A DNA stretch of 64,000 nucleotides from Tagaea sp. (GCA_041917215.1 JAYRYC010000011.1:5199-69198), one strand, 5' to 3'; counted from the stretch's first letter, positions 17,753-26,106 are shown. Notes: generated by a model from the letters alone, not told the origin. Program-made: numbers and translations.

Positions 17753-18199
17753 GTGTCCATCGCGGCGGACAACGCTTTCGAGCAGGGGGCCGAACTCGGC
17801 GAGCGCCGCTATTTGGTGGCGACGCTGCTGATCGACGCTTGGCTGCCGCGCGCGATGGAACGCGACCTCGCCGCCGCCGAGCGCAAGGCGATGTATTGGA
17901 GCGAGATTTACGGGCCGCGCCGCACCCGCATTTCGGAAATTTTCGTGCCCGGCGCGACAAGCGGCCCGCGCGCCGCGGCCGCACCACCGCCGCCGCGTCC
18001 CAAGCCGCAACCGCAAGCGAGCCCGCGCGAAACGGTGACGCCCGAACAACCGCGTGCGCGCGAAGCGCCGCGCGGCGGCCTGCTCGCCCTTCTCGATCGG
18101 CCGATCGATCCCGCCTATGCCAAGGCGATGTGCGATCTGTTCCTGCTCTATATCGGGACGAAATTGCTGGAGCGGATGTTCGGCACGCTTCCGATTTGA
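17753..18199 (+). CDS. hypothetical protein with central Pro-rich linker
   Basis: GTG 17753 is preceded by GGAGAA 5 nt upstream. The track ORF begins at TTG 17729 inside the AT-rich promoter region. 148 aa: N-terminal helical part, PPPPRPKPQPQ linker, C-terminal hydrophobic helix. No family recognised. Confidence 0.45.
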   Translation: MSIAADNAFEQGAELGERRYLVATLLIDAWLPRAMERDLAAAERKAMYWSEIYGPRRTRISEIFVPGATSGPRAAAAPPPPRPKPQPQASPRETVTPEQPRAREAPRGGLLALLDRPIDPAYAKAMCDLFLLYIGTKLLERMFGTLPI

Positions 18200-18206
18200 G
18201 GCTGGG

Positions 18207-18246
18207 CCGATCTGAAGCGCCACCGGACGGTGGCGCCCCAGATCGG
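18207..18246. terminator. long GC-rich hairpin between convergent genes
   Basis: ccgatctg-aa-gcgccacc-ggac-ggtggcgc-cc-cagatcgg gives two 8-bp helices stacked. There is no U-run on either strand. Confidence 0.4.
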
Positions 18247-18252
18247 TCGCGC

Positions 18253-18897
18253 TTAGGCTTGCATCAACAAGCCGAGAAGCTGCTTCTGCAAATCGTCGGA
18301 GTTCGACGACGTGTCGCTCGAGTTCGAGAACCACGACGCGAAATCCGGCTGCCCCAGGCTTTGCGCCTGGCTATAGGCCTGCATGCCGCGTTCGTGTTCC
18401 GCGTGATTGGCGCGCATGGTCTTGTCGAACGTCTCGAACTCCTCCGACGACAGCTGACCGTCGCCGTCCGTGTCGGCGGAGGCGAAGGCTTCCTCGGCCT
18501 TCGACGCCGCCTCGCTCGACTTCGGCCCATGGGCTTCGCCGAACGCCTTCAACTCGTCCGAACTGACCGAGCCGTCGCCGTCGGTATCCATCTCCGACAT
18601 CATGTCGGCGGCGGATTTGCCTTCGCCCGGCGGCGGGGGCGGCGGGCCGAAAGCGCCTTGGGCGCCGCCGGATTCCTGTGCGCCCAGCAAGGCCGACTGC
18701 ATCTGCGCCGACAGGCTGTCGGCGAAGGACTTGAGTTCGGTTTTGGACACCGAACCATCGCCGTCGGAATCGATCGACGAGAACAAATCCTCGAGGCTCG
18801 CGCCCGATTTCGACTCTTCGGCCGACTGGGCCGACGACCGCGTTTGGAAATAGGACGAAACGCTGGAGTAGCTGCTGTATCCGGAAATCGACGTCAT
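18253..18897 (-). CDS. EF-hand calcium-binding protein (three canonical EF loops)
   Basis: Start ATG 18897 (GGAAGGA 7 nt upstream): MTSISGYSSYSSVSSYFQ... Loops DSDGDGSVSKTE, DTDGDGSVSSDE and DTDGDGQLSSEE fit DxDxDGxxxxxE. Acidic and Ser-rich, with no signal peptide. Confidence 0.8.
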   Translation of the reverse strand: MTSISGYSSYSSVSSYFQTRSSAQSAEESKSGASLEDLFSSIDSDGDGSVSKTELKSFADSLSAQMQSALLGAQESGGAQGAFGPPPPPPGEGKSAADMMSEMDTDGDGSVSSDELKAFGEAHGPKSSEAASKAEEAFASADTDGDGQLSSEEFETFDKTMRANHAEHERGMQAYSQAQSLGQPDFASWFSNSSDTSSNSDDLQKQLLGLLMQA

Positions 18898-18904
18898 TGA
18901 ACAA

Positions 18905-18953
18905 TCCTTCCCGTTGGAAAAAACGGCGCCGCGAACGCGCCGCAAGGGAAGGA
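18905..18953 (-). terminator. intrinsic terminator nested in an anti-Shine-Dalgarno helix, immediately upstream of the EF-hand gene
   Basis: Minus-strand RNA: ..UUCCUUCCCUUG-CGGCGC-GUUCGCG-GCGCCG-UUUUUUC-CAACGGGAAGGAUUGUUCA-AUG. It has a 6-bp GC hairpin plus U6. The outer helix CCUUCCCUUG/CAACGGGAAGG pairs with the SD. Confidence 0.5.
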
Positions 18954-19093
18954 AATTCAATGCCCATGCCCGGCAACGAAATGTACGGGCCGGGATTCAT
19001 CGAACGAATTCGGGGGAAGGCGTTACGTTGCGTTACGTCGCGCGCGGCAAGCGCCGCGCGTCCGGCAATTCCTGCCGGGATGAACTTGCCGCG

Positions 19094-19915
19094 TCAGATC
19101 AAAAGATTGATGCCCTGGATCTGGGTGATGTCGCCGTCGAGACCGCCCGTACCCGCTTGCATCAGCTGCACGGCCACGTTCGTCGATCCGTCGCCGTTCG
19201 CCTCGGCGTCCGCGGCGGCCAGAAACCGCTGGATGTAGCGGTCGACGTATTTCTCGTCCTTGGCCTTCGACACGTCGAACTGGCGGCCGAAGACCTGCGC
19301 CTGCGTCTCCACGCTTTGCACGGCCGTCTCCAGCGGAATATTGCCGACTTTGGTGACGACGGCGCGCAACGTGTTGTCGCCCAGCACCGAGTAGATGTCG
19401 GAGATCGAGCCGATATTGTTCTTGAAATACTGCGCCTGCCGCAAAGCGGTGTTCTTGTTGCCGAGATCGATTTCGTAGCGCGCCTTCTCGTAGCGCGCTT
19501 CGGTGCCGGCGATGAAGGACTCGCTTTGGATGCTGGAAAGGCCGCCGGCCTTGAAATTCAGCGCCTGCGCCAATTGCTGGAAGCGCGTATCCGACATGCG
19601 GTTGGCCAGCGAATTCGTGTCGGTCAGATCGGATTCGGCGACCTTGCGCAGCTTGCCGACGTTATTGATCTCGGATTCCAGCCCATACGCGGTCAGGACA
19701 TAATTCAGCAGCTTGTAGTTCTTCTTGTCGAACAGCTCGCTGGGATCTTTGAGTTTGGCGACCGCGGATTCGAACTCGGCGTTCGCCTTGTCGATATCCT
19801 TCTGGTTCGACTTCACATAGCGCGCGACACGCTCGTCCTCCGACGTCTTGGACATCTGGTACCAGGACGTGAGCGCGTTGGCCGAAGAATAGGACGATGA
19901 AATCGAATAACTCAT
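19094..19915 (-). CDS. DUF1217 domain protein (alphaproteobacterial, often flagellum-associated)
   Basis: 273 aa. LLNYVLTAYGLESEINNVGKLRKVAESDLTDTNSLANRMSDTRFQQLAQALNF matches the DUF1217 repeat as I remember it (..A.GLED.....K.LESDL.D..SFAN.L.D.R...). A second degenerate copy starts at AQYFKNNIGSISDIY. Confidence 0.75.
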   Translation of the reverse strand: MSYSISSSYSSANALTSWYQMSKTSEDERVARYVKSNQKDIDKANAEFESAVAKLKDPSELFDKKNYKLLNYVLTAYGLESEINNVGKLRKVAESDLTDTNSLANRMSDTRFQQLAQALNFKAGGLSSIQSESFIAGTEARYEKARYEIDLGNKNTALRQAQYFKNNIGSISDIYSVLGDNTLRAVVTKVGNIPLETAVQSVETQAQVFGRQFDVSKAKDEKYVDRYIQRFLAAADAEANGDGSTNVAVQLMQAGTGGLDGDITQIQGINLLI

Positions 19916-20089
19916 AGCGAATGCCCTTCTGGCGAATATCTTCCGTGGGATGATATTCCCGGTCGCGCGTCGTCGCCGGGGTCCAAACGTGACGAAACGT
20001 AAACGCGAAAACCCATTTGAATCCGGTGGTTACGCTTCGTTACCCCGCGCGGCTTGGCATCGGGCGCGTTTGGTCCCCACATTCCGGCC

Positions 20090-20842
20090 ATGATGACCCC
20101 GCCCGAACGCCATGTTCTGCTGGTCGACGACGATCCCGAGATCCGCCGCCTGACCGAACAACTCCTGACCGAAGCCGGTTTCAAAGTGACGGCGCTGGCC
20201 GGTGCCGCCGGCGCGGTGCGCCACGCCGCATCCGGCCGCTTCGACCTTGTGCTGCTCGACGTGATGATGCCGGGCGAAGACGGCTTCTCCGTCTGCCGCA
20301 AGATCCGCGCGGTGTCGCAGATCCCCATCGTGATGCTGACCGCGCGCGCGGAAGAAATGGACCGCGTCGTGGGCCTGGAGATCGGCGCCGACGACTACAT
20401 CGTCAAGCCCTTCTCGCCGCGCGAGTTGGTCGCGCGCGTGCGCGCCCGGTTGCGGCGCGCGGGCGACGGCGAATTGGCGCAAGCCAAGCCCAAGCACGAC
20501 CGCTTGGCGTTCGACGGCTGGATCGTCGATCTCGTCCGCCGCGAATTGCGCGCCCCCGACGCCTCGCTCGTGTCGTTGACGGCGGCGGAGTTCGATTTGC
20601 TGGTGGCGCTGGCGACGCGCGCGCGCCGCGTCGTGTCGCGCGACGAATTGTCGGAAATCCTGCACGGCCGCACGCCCCACCCGCTCGACCGGTCGATCGA
20701 CGTCGCGGTCAGCCGCCTGCGCCGCAAGATCGAAGCGACGCCCGACGAGCCGCGTTTCGTGCGCACGGTGCGCAACGGCGGTTACGTTTTCGCCGCCGAG
20801 GTCGAGAACCGCACGGCATCGCAAGCGGGCTCCGCCGCTTGA
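20090..20842 (+). CDS. OmpR/PhoB-family response regulator
   Basis: Receiver domain (VLLVDDDP..., DLVLLDVMMPGEDG, KPF) plus winged-helix domain (LTAAEFDLLVALA.., VRNGGYVF). Start taken at ATG 20090 (MMTPPERH). The track start 20054 adds 12 aa. Confidence 0.9.
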   Translation: MMTPPERHVLLVDDDPEIRRLTEQLLTEAGFKVTALAGAAGAVRHAASGRFDLVLLDVMMPGEDGFSVCRKIRAVSQIPIVMLTARAEEMDRVVGLEIGADDYIVKPFSPRELVARVRARLRRAGDGELAQAKPKHDRLAFDGWIVDLVRRELRAPDASLVSLTAAEFDLLVALATRARRVVSRDELSEILHGRTPHPLDRSIDVAVSRLRRKIEATPDEPRFVRTVRNGGYVFAAEVENRTASQAGSAA

Positions 20843-22233
20843 TCCGCCGCATCATCCCGCGCGGTATCGTCGCGCAGACGGTGCTGTTCGCGGTCGCCCT
20901 GTTGGCGGCCGTGCAAGTCGGCTCGATCGCCGTGTTCGAAGCCATGCGCCCGACGAATTTCACGCTGTTCGAAACAGGATGGCTGGAGGAGCATCTGCCC
21001 GGCCTCGCCGCCGGCGCGCTGGCCCAGCCCGCGCAATCGCGATTGGCGTGGCTCGCCGACCGGCCGGAAGCCGCCTATCTCGTGTTCGCGCGCGACGGTA
21101 CCGCGCCCGCCGACGGCGACGCGGAAACGTGCCCCGCCTTGCTGGCGCTGTCGGCGCGCCTTGCGCGCGACCTCGGCACCGACATCGATCTCGATTCCGC
21201 GCGCGCGCGCGGCCCCGGCCCGCGCCCGCCCGCCCCGCGCCTGCTGCGCGCCGAATCGCCGGGCGTCGAGCTGCCGCCCGATGCTTGCCGCCCCACGCCC
21301 TATTTCCGTCTGGCGGTGCGCGAGCCCGAGGGCACGTGGCTGCGTATCGAGCCGCCGCGCGCCTTCACGCTGGGGCCGGCCCTGTCGTATCTGATCGGCT
21401 GGCTCGCCATGCTGCTGATCGCGTCGATCGCGGTCGCATGGCTCGGCTTCCGGCGTTTGGTGCTGCCGCTGACGGCGCTCGCCGCCGCCGCCGAGCGTTT
21501 CGGGCGCGGTCTCGATACGCCCGCTTTGCCGCGCCAGGGCCCGCGCGAAATCGTGGCCATCTCCGCCCAGTTCGACGGCATGCGCGAGCGCATCCGGCGT
21601 TTCATCGCCGAGCGCGCGGCGATGCTCGCCGCGATCGGCCACGATCTGCGCACGCCGCTCACCCGCTTGCGCTTGCGCGTGGAACGCGTCGCCGATCCCG
21701 AGTTGCGCGTCCAGTTGTCGCGCGACGTGGACGAGCTCGAAACGCTGGCGCGCGAAACGCGCGACTTTTCCGCCATCGCCCAAGCGCGCGGCGCCGACGA
21801 TAAGGTCGATCTCGCCAGCCTCGCCCAAACCATCGCCGACGCCCATAGCGATCGCGGCGACGAGGTCGTCTATCACGGGCCGCGCCACGCGCCCGTGCGC
21901 GGCCGGCCCGACGCGCTGCGCCGCGCGATCGAAAATCTCGTCGCCAACGCGCTGCGCTATGCGGGCCATGCCACGCTGCGGCTGGCCGACGGCGATCGTG
22001 AATTGCGCTTGTCGATCGACGATTCCGGTCCGGGCGTGCCGGAAGCCGAACTCGAGCGCGTGCTCGAACCCTTCGTGCGGCTCGAAGAAAGCCGCAATCG
22101 CGACACCGGGGGCACGGGGCTTGGCCTTGCCATCGCGCGCGATCTCGTCCGCGGCCATGGCGGCGAAATCCGCTTGGAAAACCGCCGCGAAGGCGGCTTG
22201 CGCGCCACGATCGTGCTGCCGAAATCGGCTTGA
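20839..22233 (+). CDS. sensor histidine kinase (two TM segments, HAMP, HisKA, HATPase)
   Basis: H-box AAIGHDLRTPLTRLRLR; G-box GTGLGLAIARDLVRGHGGEI. Proposed TTG start at 20839 overlaps the regulator stop (TTGA). The start is uncertain. The long upstream part of track ORF 20017.. overlaps the regulator gene out of frame. Confidence 0.8.
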   Translation: MIRRIIPRGIVAQTVLFAVALLAAVQVGSIAVFEAMRPTNFTLFETGWLEEHLPGLAAGALAQPAQSRLAWLADRPEAAYLVFARDGTAPADGDAETCPALLALSARLARDLGTDIDLDSARARGPGPRPPAPRLLRAESPGVELPPDACRPTPYFRLAVREPEGTWLRIEPPRAFTLGPALSYLIGWLAMLLIASIAVAWLGFRRLVLPLTALAAAAERFGRGLDTPALPRQGPREIVAISAQFDGMRERIRRFIAERAAMLAAIGHDLRTPLTRLRLRVERVADPELRVQLSRDVDELETLARETRDFSAIAQARGADDKVDLASLAQTIADAHSDRGDEVVYHGPRHAPVRGRPDALRRAIENLVANALRYAGHATLRLADGDRELRLSIDDSGPGVPEAELERVLEPFVRLEESRNRDTGGTGLGLAIARDLVRGHGGEIRLENRREGGLRATIVLPKSA

Positions 22234-22305
22234 TCGGGCTTTTGCCAACGCGGCGATAAGGGGTTAGGTTCGGCGCCCCGCTGCGAGCAAGTCTCATTTG
22301 CGCCG

Positions 22306-24012
22306 ATGCCCATCACGACAACAACCGATACCGCCCTGCCGAGTTCGAACGCGCCAGCCCGGCTTTCGCCCGTCAAACGGCTGAGCTGGCCCGGCATAAT
22401 CGCGTTGTTCGTCGCGGCGACGATCGCGTTGCCGATCATCGTGGTCGCGTTGTCGGTGTTCCAGCCCGATCGCGGGGCATGGGCGCATTTATGGTCGACG
22501 ACGCTGCCGCGCATCCTCGCCAATACCGGCATGATGATGCTCTACGTGTCGATCCTCACGGGCGTCGCGGGCGTCGCGGCCGCGTGGTTCGTGACGATGT
22601 GCCGCTTTCCCGGCAGCCGCGTTCTGGAACTCGCCTTGCTGCTGCCCTTCGCGATGCCCGGCTACATCATCGGCTATGCCTATAACGACTTCCTGCAATT
22701 CGCGGGGCCGCTGCAATCGGCGTTGCGCGCCGCCTTCGGGTGGTCGCGCGGCGATTACTGGTTCCCGGAATTCCAGAGCCCCGGCGGCGTGTCGTTCATG
22801 CTGGCGATCGTCCTCTATCCTTACGTCTATCTGCTGGCGCGCGCGGCGTTCCTCGAACAATCCGTCTGCGTGCTGGAAGCGAGCCGCATGCTGGGCCGCA
22901 ACGCCTGGGGCGCGTTCTTCCGCGTGGCGCTGCCGCTCGCACGCCCCGCGATCGCGGCGGGCATCGCCTTGGCGCTGATGGAAGCGCTCGCCGATTTCGG
23001 CACGGTGCAATATTTCGGCGTCGAAACCTTCACGACCGCGATCTACCGGACCTGGATGGGCATGGACAACCGCATCGCGTCGTTGCAATTGGCGACGGCG
23101 CTGCTGGGCGTCGTGCTGGCGCTGCTCGCGATCGAACGCGTCTCGCGCGGGGCCGCGCGCTATCACCACACGACACGCCGTTATCGCCCGCTCTCGCCGA
23201 TCCGCCTCGCCGGCTGGCGGGCCGTCGCGGCCTTCGCCGTGTGCGCCACGCCGGTTTTCCTCGGCTTCGTGCTGCCTTTCGTCATCCTGGCGCGCATGGC
23301 GATCCGGGTGGGCGATCCGTTCTGGGGCCCGCGCTATATCGACTACGTCGCGAATTCGCTGACGCTGGCGGCGATCGCGGTCGTCGCGATCGTCGGCACG
23401 GCGCTCGCCCTCGCCTATGCGCAACGCCGCGTGCGCGGCGCGTTCGTGTCGGGTGCCGTGCGCATCGCCTCGCTCGGCTATGCGATCCCGGGATCGGTCA
23501 TCGCCGTGGGCGTGCTCGTTCCGCTCGCGGCGTTCGACAACACGCTCGACGCGTTCATGCGCGCGACCTTCGGTATCTCCACCGGGCTGCTGCTGTCGGG
23601 CACGGTGCTGGCGTTGATCTACGCCTATTCCGTGCGCTTCCTCGCCGTCGCGATGGGCACGGTCGAAGCGGGCATGGGCAAGATCGCGCGGTCGATGGAC
23701 GAATCCGCCGCCACACTGGGCGCCGGGCCCACGCGCATCCTGGCGCGCGTGCATGCGCCCTTGATGTGGGGCTCGACATTGACGGCCGCCACGCTCGTGT
23801 TCGTCGACGTGCTGAAGGAATTGCCCGCGACGATGATCGTGCGGCCCTTCGGCTTCGAAACGCTGGCGGCGCGGATCTATCAGCTCGCGTCGGACGAGCG
23901 TATCGAGCAAGCCTCGACCGGCGCCATCGCCATCGTCGTCGTCGGCCTGCTGCCGGTGGCGTTGCTATCCTGGATGATCGTCCGCGCCCGGCCGGGATCG
24001 ACTAACGCGTGA
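22306..24012 (+). CDS. iron(III)-type ABC transporter permease, duplicated (two-domain) FbpB-like
   Basis: 568 aa with two BPD-transporter-like halves (EASRMLGRNAWGAFFRVALPLARPA and ESAATLGAGPTRILARVHAPL EAA-type loops). No binding-protein or ATPase gene is adjacent. Confidence 0.85.
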   Translation: MPITTTTDTALPSSNAPARLSPVKRLSWPGIIALFVAATIALPIIVVALSVFQPDRGAWAHLWSTTLPRILANTGMMMLYVSILTGVAGVAAAWFVTMCRFPGSRVLELALLLPFAMPGYIIGYAYNDFLQFAGPLQSALRAAFGWSRGDYWFPEFQSPGGVSFMLAIVLYPYVYLLARAAFLEQSVCVLEASRMLGRNAWGAFFRVALPLARPAIAAGIALALMEALADFGTVQYFGVETFTTAIYRTWMGMDNRIASLQLATALLGVVLALLAIERVSRGAARYHHTTRRYRPLSPIRLAGWRAVAAFAVCATPVFLGFVLPFVILARMAIRVGDPFWGPRYIDYVANSLTLAAIAVVAIVGTALALAYAQRRVRGAFVSGAVRIASLGYAIPGSVIAVGVLVPLAAFDNTLDAFMRATFGISTGLLLSGTVLALIYAYSVRFLAVAMGTVEAGMGKIARSMDESAATLGAGPTRILARVHAPLMWGSTLTAATLVFVDVLKELPATMIVRPFGFETLAARIYQLASDERIEQASTGAIAIVVVGLLPVALLSWMIVRARPGSTNA

Positions 24013-24775
24013 CGTCCACGACCTGGCGCGGATTGCCGATCGCCGGATGCCACGACCAGCCGAGATCGGTGGAGTAATTGCGCTCGGCGCGATCGAGGCA
24101 GAACCATAAGGGCGGCGTGGCGATCTCGCGCCCGTCCTGCACCATGCGGCCATCGGATTTGCAGCGCGTGACGATCGTGTAGCCCTTGCAGCCGTGCTTC
24201 ATTTGCAGACCGGGGCAATCGTCGGACGGCTCGCCGACTTCGAAGCTCTCCTCCACCGTCCAGCGCCCGAAACGCTGCGCCAGATTCGGCCGGTTGCCGG
24301 GGAAGTACCAGCCTTCCTGAAGGATGTATTTAACCGTCAGCGTCTTGCCGGTCGCCAGCGGGAACAGCGATCCCTTAGCGTTTTCGAAGCGCACGATCCA
24401 GGTCGCGCGGTCGGAAAGTTCCTTGACCTGCGCGGTGTCGGTGCGCGCGAGGAACAGCAAACCGCCCAGCGCCACGGCGAATTGCCGCTCCGCTTTGCCC
24501 GCGACCGAGCCCAGCGATTGCTCGATCCGCGTGATGCCCTTGTCGTGCCCGACCAGCGCCAAACGATTCTCGGACGAGCCGATGCGGTCGTAGCTGATCG
24601 CCGCGAAATTGGGCTTGGGCGCCTCGGCCAGCGGCGGCACTTGCTCGACGAATTCGCGCGCCATGCCTGTCAGGCCCGGCACGCCGAAACTCGCGACGAA
24701 GGCTTGCGGCGACGTCTCTTGCGCCGCGACGGGTGCGGCGAAGATCGACAGCAGCAAAGCGAGGCGAGCGCGCAT
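24002..24775 (-). CDS. hypothetical secreted protein with Cys-containing C-terminal region
   Basis: 257 aa; signal-peptide-like MRARLALLLSIFAAPVAAQE; five Cys in the last ~60 aa (DDCPGLQMKHGCKGYTIVTRCKSDG...WFCLD). No family recognised. Confidence 0.6.
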   Translation of the reverse strand: MRARLALLLSIFAAPVAAQETSPQAFVASFGVPGLTGMAREFVEQVPPLAEAPKPNFAAISYDRIGSSENRLALVGHDKGITRIEQSLGSVAGKAERQFAVALGGLLFLARTDTAQVKELSDRATWIVRFENAKGSLFPLATGKTLTVKYILQEGWYFPGNRPNLAQRFGRWTVEESFEVGEPSDDCPGLQMKHGCKGYTIVTRCKSDGRMVQDGREIATPPLWFCLDRAERNYSTDLGWSWHPAIGNPRQVVDVTR

Positions 24776-24777
24776 CC

Positions 24778-26106
24778 CTAATGCTTGGCCGGTTCGGGCG
24801 GCGAAAGCAACTCGGGCTTCGCGATCTCGCGCACGGCGGTATCGAGGGGCTTCAATTCCTCGAATTTCGCGTCCTCGGGGCCCGCCCCCAGCTCGTTGAG
24901 CTTGCGCGCGGCCGGGAAGACGCGGCTTTCGAGCGAGCCGACCGACTTGTTATAGGCGTCGACCGCGCGCTTCAGGCCCGATCCGACATCGGCGACATGC
25001 CCGGCCATATCGCTCATGCGTTTGAACAATTCGCGGCCTTGATCGGAGATCGCGCGCGCGTTCTCGGCGAGCTTTTCCTGCCGCCAGCCGCGCTCGACCG
25101 TCCAGAGCAGCGAGATCAGCGTCGTCGGCGTGGCGATCAGCACGCGATCATTGGCCGCGTCGTCGAGCAAGGCGGGATCGGCCTGCACCGCCGCCGAGAA
25201 GAAGGATTCGCCGGGCACGAACATCACGACGAATTCGGGCGCGTCGGGGAATTGCTCCCAATACGACTTGGCCGACAGGCGCTTGAAGTGATCGCGCACT
25301 TGGCGCGCGTGATCGGCCATGAACTTGGCGCGAACGGTTTCGTCGGCCGCTTCGACGCCTGCGAGGAAGGCCGCCGTCGGCGCCTTGGCGTCCACCACCA
25401 CGACGCGGCCCGCGGGCATGCGCACGATCATGTCGGGGCGCAGGCGTCCGCCCTCGCCCACCGTTTCTTGTTCGGCGAAGTCGACATAGTCCGACATGCC
25501 GGCCAGAGTGACCGTGTTGTGCAGCGTGCGCTCGCCCCAGCGGCCCTTCACATGCGGCGTCTTCAACGCCTGGACGAGAGCGCGCGTCTCGCGCCCCAAC
25601 TCGCCGATCTGCTGGTTGAACAAGCCGTCCTTCTCGGCGCGCGCCTTGTCCATCGCTTCGACGCGCTTGTCGAAATTCTGCAGCGTCTCGCGCAAGGGCT
25701 GAACCAGACCGACGATCGCCTTCTCGCGCGCTTCCTGCTCGGCCTTCGCGCGCTCGCGATCGGCGTCGAGCGCGTCCTTGGCGATCGCCTTGAAATGCTC
25801 GGAAAGCTGTTCGCGCGCGACCTGGAACGCCTTGCGCTCGGACTCCAACTCGGCTTCGAGCTTCGCCTTGGCGCGCCCGACTTCGATCGCGTCGCCCTGC
25901 ACGCGGGCGAGATCGGCTTCGATCTGGGGCACGCGCTTGGCGAGTTCCTCGAACCGCAACGCGCTGTCGAGCCGTTCGCGAGTTCCGCGCAATTCGGCTT
26001 CGGCGCGCTCGGCACGGGCGAGAGCTTCCCCGCCGCGCGCGCGCAGGGCGAAGAAAACGACGATGGCGCCGAGCGCCAACCCGGCGGCGAAATAGAGAAT
26101 ATCCAT
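24778..26106 (-). CDS. rmuC: DNA recombination protein RmuC
   Basis: Start ATG 26106: MDILYFAAGLALGAIVVFFAL (membrane anchor), long coiled coil, then the RmuC nuclease-like core (GRWGERTL..., VVVDAKAP, FVVMFVPGE). The upstream 140 aa of the track ORF are Arg-rich shadow. Confidence 0.9.
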   Translation of the reverse strand: MDILYFAAGLALGAIVVFFALRARGGEALARAERAEAELRGTRERLDSALRFEELAKRVPQIEADLARVQGDAIEVGRAKAKLEAELESERKAFQVAREQLSEHFKAIAKDALDADRERAKAEQEAREKAIVGLVQPLRETLQNFDKRVEAMDKARAEKDGLFNQQIGELGRETRALVQALKTPHVKGRWGERTLHNTVTLAGMSDYVDFAEQETVGEGGRLRPDMIVRMPAGRVVVVDAKAPTAAFLAGVEAADETVRAKFMADHARQVRDHFKRLSAKSYWEQFPDAPEFVVMFVPGESFFSAAVQADPALLDDAANDRVLIATPTTLISLLWTVERGWRQEKLAENARAISDQGRELFKRMSDMAGHVADVGSGLKRAVDAYNKSVGSLESRVFPAARKLNELGAGPEDAKFEELKPLDTAVREIAKPELLSPPEPAKH

